Source of the DNA: Tubulanus polymorphus
Taxonomy: Eukaryota; Animalia; Nemertea
DNA: 64,000 bases
NCBI RefSeq assembly: GCF_964204645.1
Contig: NC_134036.1
Coordinates: 7,644,846 to 7,708,845, forward strand
Direction: 5' to 3'
Position numbers and translations under genes: made by a program. The stretch's first letter is position 1; the number at the start of each line of letters is the position of its first letter. The notes beneath the pieces are model-generated. The model searched no databases, had not been told where the DNA came from, and saw nothing but the letters and a program-made list of their open reading frames with translations. Positions 53,001 through 64,000 of this stretch are shown here, one piece after another.

Positions 53001-56000
53001 CGGGTCGTAACGCTGATCAAGGCCCGGTCAGCACTTAGTCGTTTTTCGAACAACCACCGCCGGCACACTGACGAACGGACGGACGACCGACCTACTGCCT
53101 CCCTCCCTCCCTCCCTGACCGGTGCCGGGTCGTAACGCTGATTAAGGCCCGGTCAGCCCTTAGTCGTTTTTCGAACAACCATCACTGCCGGCACACTGAC
53201 AAACGGACGGACCACCGACCTACTGCCACCCTCCCTCCCTTCCTGACCGGTGCCGGGTCGTAACGCTGTTCATGGCCCGGTCAGCACTTAGTCGTTTTTC
53301 GAACAGCAACCGCCGACACACTGACTAACGGGTGGACGACGGACCTACTGCCTCCCTCCCTCCCTCCCTCCCTCCCTAACTGCACCGGGTCGTAACGCTG
53401 ATCAAGGCCCGGTCAGCACTTAGTCGTTTTTCGAACAACCACCGCCGGCACACTGACGAACGGATGGACGACCGACCTACTGCCTCCCTCCCTCCCTCCC
53501 TCACTGCGCCGGGTCGTAACGCTGATCAAGGCCCGGTCAGCACTTAGTCGTTTTTCGAACAACCACCGCCGGCACACTGACGAACGGATGGACGACCGAC
53601 CTACTGCCACCCTCCCTCCCTTCCTGACCGGTGCCGGGTCGTAACACTGATCAAGGCCCGGTCAGCACTTAGTCGTTTTTCGAACAACCACCGCCGGCAC
53701 ACTGACGAACGGATGGACGACCGACCTACTGCCTCCCTCCCTCCCTCACAGCACCGGGTCGTAACGCTGATCAAGGCCCGGTCAGCACTTAGTCGTTTTT
53801 CGAACAACCAACTCTGCCGGCACACTGACGAACGGACGGACGACCGACCTACTGTCCCCCTCCCTCCCACACTGCTCCGGGTCGTAACGCTGATCAAGGC
53901 CCGGTCAGCACTTAGTCGTTTTTCGAACTACCACCGCCGGCACACTGACCAACGAACGGACGACCGACCTACTGCCACCCTCCCTCCCTTCCTGACCGGT
54001 GCCGGGTCGTAACGCTGTGCATGGCCCGGTCAGCACTTAGTCGTTTTTCGAACAACCACCGCCGGCACACTGACGACTGGACGGACGACCGACCTACTGC
54101 CTCCCTCCCTCCCTCACTGCACCGGGTCGTAACGCTGATCTAGGCCCGGTCAGCACTTAGTCGTTTTTCGAACTACCACCGCCGGCACACTGACGGACGG
54201 ATGGACGACCGACCTACTGCCTCCCTCCCTCCCGCCCTGACCAGTGCCGGGTTGTAACGCTGATCAAGGCCCGGTCAGCCCTTAGTCATTTTTCGAACAA
54301 CCATCACTGCCGGCACACTGACAAACGGACGGACGACCGACTTACTGCCTGCCTCCTCCCTCCCTCAATGCTCCGGGTCGTAACGCTGATCAAGGCCCGG
54401 TCAGCACTTAGTCGTTTTTCGAACTACCACCGCCGGCACAATGACGAACGGACGGACGACCGACCTACTGCCTCCCTCCCTCCCTCCCTGACCGGTGCCG
54501 GGTCGTAACGCTGATCAAGGCCCGGTCAGCACTTAGTCGTTTTTCGAACAACCAGCGCCGGCACACTGACGAACGGATGGACGACCGACCTACTGCCACC
54601 CTCCCTCCCTTCCTGACCGGTGCCGGGTCGTAACGCTGTTCATGGCCCGGTCAGCACTTAGTCGTTTTTCGAACAGCAACCGCCGACACACTGACTAACG
54701 GGCGGACGACGGACCTACTGCCTCCCTCCCTCCCTCCCTCACTGCACCGGGTCGTAACGCTGATCAAGGCCCGGTCAGCACTTAGTCGTTTTTCGAACTA
54801 CCACCGCCGGCACACTGACGAACGAACGGACGACCGACCTACTGCCACCCTCCCTCCCTTCCTGACCGGTGCCGGGTCGTAACGCTGTTCATGGCCCGGT
54901 CAGCACTTAGTCGTTTTTTGATCTACCACCGCCGGCACACTGACAAAGGATGGACGACCGACCTACTACCTCCCTCCCTCCCTCCCTGACCAGCGCCGGG
55001 TCGTAACGCTGATTAAGGCCCGGTCAGCCCTTAGTCGTTTTTCGAACAACCACCGCCGGCACACTGACGAACGGACGGAGGACCGACCTACTGCCTCCCT
55101 CCCTCCCTCACTGCACCGGGTCGTAACGCTGATCAAGGCCCGGTCAGCACTTAGTCGTTTTTTCGAACTACCACCGCCGGCACACTGACGAACGGATGGA
55201 CGACCGACCTACTGCCTCCCTCCCTCCCTCCCTGACCAGCGCCGGGTCGTAACGCTGATTAAGGCCCGGTCAGCCCTTAGTCGTTTTTCGAACAACCATC
55301 ACTGCCGGCACACTGACAAACGGACGGACGACCGACCTACTGCCTCCCTCCCTCCCTCAATGCTCCGGGTCGTAACGCTGATCAAGGCCCGGTCAGCACT
55401 TAGTCGTTTTTCGAACAACCACCGCCGGCACACTGGCGAACGGACGGACGACCGACCTACTGCCTCCCTCCCTCCCTCACTGCTCCGGGTCGTAACGCTG
55501 ATCAAGGCCCGGTCAGCACTTAGTCGTTTTTCGAACAACCACCGCCGGTACACTGACGAACGGACGGACGACCGACCTACTGCCTCCCTCCCTCCCTCCC
55601 TGACCGGTGCCGGGTCGTAACGCTGATTAAGGCCCGGTCAGCACTTAGTCGTTTTTCGAACAACCACCGCCGGCACACTGACGAACGGACGGACGACCGA
55701 CCTACTGCCACCCTCCCTCCCTTCCTGACCGGTGCCGGGTCGTAACGCTGATTAAGGCCCGGTCAGCACTTAGTCGTTTTTCGAACAACCACCGCCGGCA
55801 CACTGACGAACGGACGGACGACCGACCTACTGCCACCCTCCCTCCCTTCCTGACCGGTGCCGGGTCGTAACGCTGTTCATGGCCCGGTCAGCACTTAGTC
55901 GTTTTTCGAACAACAACCGCCGCACACTGACGAACGGATGGACGACCGACCTACTGCCACCCTCCCTCCCTTCCTGACCGGTGCCGGGTCGTAACGCTGA

Positions 56001-57559
56001 TCAAGGCCCGGTCAGCACTTAGTCGTTTTTCGAAGAACCACCGCCGGCACACTGACGAACGGATGGACGACCGACCTACTGCCTCCCTCCCTCCCTCACA
56101 GCACCGGGTCGTAACGCTGATCAAGGCCCGGTCAGCACTTAGTCGTTTTTCGAACAACCAACTCTGCCGGCACACTGACGAACGGACGGACGACCGACCT
56201 ACTGTCCCCCTCCCTCCCACACTGCTCCGGGTCGTAACGCTGATCAAGGCCCGGTCAGCACTTAGTCGTTTTTCGAACTACCACCGCCGGCACACTGACC
56301 AACGAACGGACGACCGACCTACTGCCACCCTCCCTCCCTTCCTGACCGGTGCCGGGTCGTAACGCTGTGCATGGCCCGGTCAGCACTTAGTCGTTTTTCG
56401 AACAACCACCGCCGGCACACTGACGACTGGACGGACGACCGACCTACTGCCTCCCTCCCTCCCTCACTGCACCGGGTCGTAACGCTGATCTAGGCCCAGT
56501 CAGCACTTAGTCGTTTTTCGAACTACCACCGCCGGCACACTGACGGACGGATGGGCGACCGACCTACTGCCTCCCTCCCTCCCGCCCTTACCAGTGCCGG
56601 GTTGTAACGCTGATCAAGGCCCGGTCAGCCCTTAGTCATTTTTCGAACAACCATCACTGCCGGCACACTGACAAACGGACGGACGACCGACTTACTGCCT
56701 GCCTCCTCCCTCCCTCAATGCTCCGGGTCGTAACGCTGATCAAGGCCCGGGCAGCACTTAGTCGTTTTTCGAACTACCACCGCCGGCACAATGACGAACG
56801 GACGGACGACCGACCTACTGCCTCCCTCCCTCCCTCCCTGACCGGTGCCAGGTCGTAACGCTGATCAAGGCCCGGTCAGCACTTAGTCGTTTTTCGAACT
56901 ACCACCGCCGGCACACTGACGAACGAACGGACGACCGACCTACTGCCACCCTCCCTCCCTTCCTGACCGGTGCCGGGTCGTAACGCTGTTCATGGCCCGG
57001 TCAGCACTTAGTCGTTTTTCGAACAGCAACCGCCGACACACTGACTAACGGGCGGACGACGGACCTACTGCCTCCCTCCCTCCCTCCCTCACTGCACCGG
57101 GTCGTAACGCTGATCAAGGCCCGGTCAACACTTAGTCGTTTTTCGAACTACCACCGCCGGCACACTGACGAACGAACGGACGACCGACCTACTGCCACCC
57201 TCCCTCCCTTCCTGACCGGTGCCGGGTCGTAACGCTGTTCATGGCCCGGTCAGCACTTAGTCGTTTTTCGAACTACCACCGCCGGCACACTGGCGAACGG
57301 ACAGACGACCGACCTACTGCCTCCCTCCCTCCCTCACTGCTCCGGGTCGTAACGCTGATCAAGGCCCGGTCAGCACTTAGTCGTTTTTCGAACAACAACC
57401 GCCGACACACTGACTAACGGGCGGACGACTGTCCTAGTGCCTCCCTCCCTCCCTCACTGCACCGGGTCGTAACGCTGATCAAGGCCCGGTCAGCACTTAG
57501 TCGTTTTTCGAACAACCACCGCCGGCACACTGACGAACGGATGGACGACCGACCTACTG

Positions 57560-57686
57560 CCTCCCTCCCTCCCTCCCTCCCTCCCTCCCTCCCTCCCTCC
57601 CTCCCTCCCTCCCTCCCTCCCTCCCTCCCTCCCTCCCTCCCTCCCTCCCTCCCTCCCTCCCTCCCTCCCTCCCTCCCTCCCTCCCT
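57560..57686. repeat. (CCCT)31 expansion within a SatA monomer
   Basis: 127-bp pure tract (cct + 31 x ccct). Confidence 0.95.
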
Positions 57687-58281
57687 CACTGCGCCGGGTC
57701 GTAACGCTGTGCATGGCCCGGTCAGCACTTAGTCGTTTTTCGAACAACCACCGCCGGCACACTGACGAACGGATGGACGACCGACCTACTGCCACCCTCC
57801 CTCCCTTCCTGACCGGTGCCGGGTCGTAACGCTGATCATGGCCCGGTCAGCACTTAGTCGTTTTTCGAACAACCACCAGCGGCACACTGGCGAACGGACG
57901 GACGACCGACCTACTGCCTCCCTCCCTCCCTCACTGCTCCGGGTCGTAACGCTGATCAAGTCCCGGTCAGCACTTAGTCGTTTTTCGAACAACCACCGCC
58001 GGCACACTGACGAACGGACGGACGACCGACCTACTGCCTCCCTCCCTCCCTTCCTGACCGGTGCCGGGTCGTAACGCTGATTAAGGCCCGGTCAGCACTT
58101 AGTCGTTTTTCGAACAACAACCGCCGACACACTGACTAACGGGCGGACGACTGTCCTAGTGCCTCCCTCCCTCCCTCACTGCACCGGGTCGTAACGCTGA
58201 TCAAGGCACGGTCAGCACTTAGTCGTTTTTCGAACAACCACCGCCGGCACACTGACGAACGGATGGACGACCGACCTACTG

Positions 58282-58432
58282 CCTCCCTCCCTCCCTCCCT
58301 CCCTCCCTCCCTCCCTCCCTCCCTCCCTCCCTCCCTCCCTCCCTCCCTCCCTCCCTCCCTCCCTCCCTCCCTCCCTCCCTCCCTCCCTCCCTCCCTCCCT
58401 CCCTCCCTCCCTCCCTCCCTCCCTCCCTCCCT
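58282..58432. repeat. (CCCT)37 expansion within a SatA monomer
   Basis: 151-bp pure tract (cct + 37 x ccct), in the same monomer context as the 57560 tract, 722 bp away. Confidence 0.95.
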
Positions 58433-61400
58433 CACTGCGCCGGGTCGTAACGCTGATCAAGGCCCGGTCAGCACTTAGTCGTTTTTCGAACAACCACCGC
58501 CGGCACACTGACGAACGGATGGACGACCGACCTACTGCCACCCTCCCTCCCTTCCTGACCGGTGCCGGGTCGTAACGCTGATCAAGGCCCGGTCAGCACT
58601 TAGTCGTTTTTCGAACAACCACCGCCGGCACACTGACGAACGGACGGACGACCGACCTACTGCCTCCCTCCCTCCCTCACTGCACCGGGTCGTAACGCTG
58701 ATCAAGGCCCGGTCAGCACTTAGTCGTTTTTCGAACTACCACCGCCGGCACACTGACGAACGGATGGACGACCGACCTACTGCCTCCCTCCCTCCCTCCC
58801 TGACCAGCGCCGGGTCGTAACGCTGATTAAGGCCCGGTCAGCCCTTAGTCGTTTTTCGAACAACCATCACTGCCGGCACACTGACAAACGGACGGACGAC
58901 CGACCTACTGCCTCCCTCCCTCCCTCACTGCTCCGGGTCGTAACGCTGATCAAGGCCCGGTCAGCACTTAGTCGTTTTTCGAACAACCACCGCCGGCACA
59001 CTGGCGAACGGACAGACGACCGACCTACTGCCTCCCTCCCTCCCTCACTGCTCCGGGTCGTAACGCTGATCAAGGCCCGGTCAGCACTTAGTCGTTTTTC
59101 GAACAACCACCGCCGGCACACTGACGAACGGACGGACGACCGACCTACTGCCTCCCTCCCTCCCTCCCTGACCGGTGCCGGGTCGTAACGCTGATTAAGG
59201 CCCGGTCAGCACTTAGTCGTTTTTCGAACAACCACCGCCGGCACACTGACGAACGGACGGACGACCGACCTACTGCCACCCTCCCTCCCCTCCTGACCGG
59301 TGCCGGGTCGTAACGCTGTTCATGGCCCGGTCAGCACTTAGTCGTTTTTCGAACAACAACCGCCGACACACTGACTAACGGGCGGACGACTGTCCTAGTG
59401 CCTCCCTCCCTCCCTGACTGCACCGGGTCGTAACGCTGATCAAGGCCCGGTCAGCACTTAGTCGTTTTTCGAACAACCACCGCCGGCACACTGACGAACG
59501 GATGGACGACCGACCTACTGCCTCCCTCCCTCCCTCCCTCACTGCGCCGGGTCGTAACGCTGATCAAGGCCCGGTCAGCACTTAGTCGTTTTTCGAACAA
59601 CCACCGCCGGCACACTGACGAACGGATGGACGACCGACCTACTGCCACCCTCCCTCCCTTCCTGACCGGTGCCGGGTCGTAACGCTGATCATGGCCCGGT
59701 CAGCACTTAGTCGTTTTTCGAACAACCACCAGCGGCACACTGGCGAACGGACGGACGACCGACCTACTGCCTCCCTCCCTCCCTCACTGCTCCGGGTCGT
59801 AACGCTGATCAAGTCCCGGTCAGCACTTAGTCGTTTTTCGAACAACCACCGCCGGCACACTGACGAACGGACGGACGACCGACCTACTGCCTCCCTCCCT
59901 CCCTTCCTGACCGGTGCCGGGTCGTAACGCTGATTAAGGCCCGGTCAGCACTTAGTCGTTTTTCGAACAACAACCGCCGACACACTGACTAACGGGCGGA
60001 CGACTGTCCTAGTGCCTCCCTCCCTCCCTCACTGCACCGGGTCGTAACGCTGATCAAGGCACGGTCAGCACTTAGTCGTTTTTCGAACAACCACCGCCGG
60101 CACACTGACGAACGGATGGACGACCGACCTACTGCCTCCCTCCCTCCCTCCCTGACCAGCGCCGGGTCGTAACGCTGATTAAGGCCCGGACAGCCCTTAG
60201 TCGTTTTTCGAACAACCATCACTGCCGGCACACTGACAAACGGACGGACGACCGACCTACTGCCTCCCTCCCTCCCTCAATGCTCCGGGTCGTAACGCTG
60301 ATCAAGGCCCGGTCAGCACTTAGTTGTTTTTCGAACAACCACCAGCGGCACACTGGCGAACGGACGGACGACCGACCTACTGCCTCCCTCCCTCCCTCAC
60401 TGCTCCGGGTCGTAACGCTGATCAAGTCCCGGTCAGCACTTAGTCGTTTTTCGAACAACCACCGCCGGCACACTGACGAACGGACGGACAACAGACCTAC
60501 TGCCTCCCTCCCTCCCTCACTGCACCGGGTCGTAACGCTGATCAAGGCCCGGTCAGCACTTAGTCGTTTTTCGAACAACAACCGCCGGCACACTGACGAA
60601 CGGACGGACGACCGACCTACTGCCTCCCTCCCTCCCTCACTGCACCGGGTCGTAACGCTGATCAAGGCCCGGTCAGCACTTAGTCATTTTTCGAACAACC
60701 ATCACTGCCGGCACACTGACAAACGGACGGACGACCGACTTACTGCCTGCCTCCCTCCCTCCCTCAATGCTCCGGGTCGTAACGCTGATCAAGGCCCCGG
60801 TCAGCACTTAGTCGTTTTTCGAACTACCACCGCCGGCACAATGACGAACGGACGGACGACCGACCTACTGCCTCCCTCCCTCCCTCCCTGACCGGTGCCG
60901 GGTCGTAACGCTGATCAAGGCCCGGTCAGCACTTAGTCGTTTTTCGAACTACCACCGCCGGCACACTGACGAACGAACGGACGACCGACCTACTGCCACC
61001 CTCCCTCCCTTCCTGACCGGTGCCGGGTCGTAACGCTGTTCATGGCCCGGTCAGCACTTAGTCGTTTTTCGAACTACCACCGCCGGCACACTGACGAACG
61101 GATGGACGACCGACCTACTGCCTCCCTCCCTCCCTCCCTGACCAGCGCCGGGTCGTAACGCTGATTAAGGCCCGGTCAGCCCTTAGTCGTTTTTCGAACA
61201 ACCATCACTGCCGGCACACTGACAAACGGACGGACGACCGACCTACTGCCTCCCTCCCTCCCTCAATGCTCCGGGTCGTAACGCTGATCAAGGCCCGGTC
61301 AGCACTTAGTCGTTTTTCGAACAACCACCGCCGGCACACTGGCGAACGGACGGACGACCGACCTACTGCCTCCCTCCCTCCCTCCCTGACCAGCGCCGGG

Positions 61401-64000
61401 TCGTAACGCTGATTAAGGCCCGGTCAGCCCTTAGTCGTTTTTCGAACAACCATCACTGCCGGCACACTGACGAACGGACGGACGACCGACCTACTGCCTC
61501 CCTCCCTCCCTCCCTCACTGCACCGGGTCGTAACGCTGATCAAGGCCCGGTCAGCACTTAGTCGTTTTTCGAACTACCACCGCCGGCACACTGACGAACG
61601 GATGGACGACCGACCTACTGCCTCCCTCCCTCCCTCAATGCTCCGGGTCGTAACGCTGATCAAGGCCCGGTCAGCACTTAGTCGTTTTTCGAACTACCAC
61701 CGCCGGCACACTGACGAACGGACAGACGACCGACCTACTGCCTCCCTCCCTCCCTCACTGCTCCGGGTCGTAACGCTGATCAAGGCCCGGTCAGCACTTA
61801 GTCGTTTTTCGAACTACCACCGCCGGCACAATGACGAACGGACGGACGACCGACCTACTGCCTCCCTCCCTCCCTCCAATACCGGTGCCGGGTCGTAACG
61901 CTGATCAAGGCCCCGGTCAGCACTTAGTCGTTTTTCGAACAGCAACCGCCGACACACTGACTAACGGGCGGACGACCGACCTACTGCCACCCTCCCTCCC
62001 TTCCTGACCGGTGCCGGGTCGTAACGCTGTTCATGGCCCGGTCAGCACTTAGTCGTTTTTCGAACAACAACCGCCGACACACTGACTAACGGGCGGACGA
62101 CTGTCCTAGTGCCTCCCTCCCTCCCTCACTGCACCGGGTCGTAACGCTGATCATGGCCCGGTCAGCACTTAGTCGTTTTTCGAACAACCACCGCCGGCAC
62201 ACTGACGACCGGACGACGACCGACCTACTGCCTCCCTCCCTCCCTCACTGCTCCGGGTCGTAACGCTGATCAAGGCCCGGTCAGCACTTAGTCGTTTTTC
62301 GAACAACAACCGCCGACACACTGACTAACGGGCGGACGACTATCCTAGTGCCTCCCTCCCTCCCTCACTGCACCGGGTCGTAACGCTGATCAAGGCCCGG
62401 TCAGCACTTAGTCGTTTTTCGAACAACAACCGCCGACACACTGACTAACGGGCGGACGACTGTCCTAGTGCCTCCCTCCCTCCCTCACTGCACCGGGTCG
62501 TAACGCTGATCAAGGCCCGGTCAGCACTTAGTCGTTTTTCGAACTACCACGCCGGCACACTGACGAACGAACGGACGACCGACCTACTGCCACCCTCCCT
62601 CCCTTCCTGACCGGTGCCGGGTCGTAACGCTGTTCATGGCCCGGTCAGCACTTAGTCGTTTTTCGAACAACAACCGCCGACACACTGACTAACGGGCGGA
62701 CGACGGACCTACTGCCTCCCTCCCTCCCCCTAACTGCACCGGGTCGTAAGGCTGATCAAGGCCCGGTCAGCACTTAGTCGTTTTTCGAACTACCACCGCC
62801 GGCACACTGACGAACGGATGGACGACCGACCTACTGCCTCCCTCCCTCCCTCAATGCTCCGGGTCGTAACGCTGATCAAGGCCCGGTCAGCACTTAGTCG
62901 TTTTTCGAACTACCACCGCCGGCACACTGACGAACGGATGGACGACCGACCTACTGCCTCCCTCCCTCCCTCAATGCTCCGGGTCGTAACGCTGATCAAG
63001 GCCCGGTCAGCACTTAGTCGTTTTTCGAACAACAACCGCCGACACACTGACTAACGGGCGGACGACTGTCCTACTGCCTCCCTCCCTCCCTCACTGCACC
63101 GGGTCGTAACGCTGATCATGGCCCGGTCAGCACTTAGTCGTTTTTCGAACAACCACCGCCGGCACACTGACGAACGGATGGACGACCGACCTACTGCCTC
63201 CCTCCCTCCCTCACTGCACCGGGTCGTAACGCTGATCAAGGCCCGGTCAGCACTTAGTCGTTTTTCGAACTACCACCGCCGGCACACTGACGAACGGATG
63301 GACGACCGACCTACTGCCTCCCTCCCTCCCTCCCTGACCAGCGCCGGGTCGTAACGCTGATTAAGGCCCGGTCAGCCCTTAGTCGTTTTTCGAACAACCA
63401 TCACTGCCGGCACACTGACAAACGGACGGACGACTGACCTACTGCCTCCCTCCCTCCCTCAATGCTCCGGGTCGTAACGCTGATCAAGGCCCGGTCAGCA
63501 CTTAGTCGTTTTTCGAACAACCACCGCCGGCACACTGGCGAACGGACGGACGACCGACCTACTGCCTCCCTCCCTCCCTCCCTGACCAGCGCCGGGTCGT
63601 AACGCTGATTAAGGCCCGGTCAGCCCTTAGTCGTTTTTCGAACAACCATCACTGCCGGCACACTGACGAACGGACGGACGACCGACCTACTGCCTCCCTC
63701 CCTCCCTCCCTCACTGCACCGGGTCGTAACGCTGATCAAGGCCCGGTCAGCACTTAGTCGTTTTTCGAACTACCACCGCCGGCACACTGACGAACGGATG
63801 GACGACCGACCTACTGCCTCCCTCCCTCCCTCAATGCTCCGGGTCGTAACGCTGATCAAGGCCCGGTCAGCACTTAGTCGTTTTTCGAACTACCACCGCC
63901 GGCACACTGACGAACGGACAGACGACCGACCTACTGGCTCCCTCCCTCCCTCACTGCTCCGGGTCGTAACGCTGATCAAGGCCCGGTCAGCACTTAGTCG

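Larger units (their letters stand above)
44057..64000. repeat. Satellite A, right array (~160 monomers), same orientation as the left array
   Basis: Same consensus and subtypes as 1-30936. The array runs off the right edge of the window. Confidence 0.99.

Noticed and set aside
1-64000. Hundreds of short ORFs (..WLFEKRLSADRALISVTTR.., ..LPPSLPPS.., ..GGREGGRE..)
   Set aside because: They are translations of the 120-bp satellite and CCCT tracts. Frames break at every 124/125-bp monomer and no domain is recognisable.

Overview
Eukaryotic, probably invertebrate-animal, heterochromatin with no intact gene. About 51 kb of the 64 kb is one GC- and CpG-rich tandem satellite (SatA, monomers of 120-125 bp, each with a short (CCCT)n tract). 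It forms two same-orientation arrays, 1-30936 and ~44057-64000. Nearly all ORFs in the supplied track are spurious translations of repeats. The arrays are split by a ~13 kb patchwork island. In order it holds: a second 118-bp satellite (SatB, ~16 copies); an internal fragment of an RTE-type LINE on the minus strand, cut at the RT FAD(D) motif; a decayed Polinton/Maverick-type protein-primed PolB with an EndoVII/HNH insert, plus a fragment of a second viral-type gene; a palindrome-rich 82/97-104-bp subrepeat array; four 1287-bp units in an ABAB pattern plus one diverged copy, carrying a repeated TATATAGCAAA motif; a (CT)n tract; and a fold-back inverted SatA monomer. The most interesting hypotheses are that the 36.6-43.8 kb block is an orphaned rDNA intergenic-spacer-like promoter/enhancer array, and that the island was stitched together by templated repair. 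A weaker idea is that SatA retains collinear traces of 5S rRNA. These are inferences that need database searches; I cannot show a new functional system from the sequence alone.
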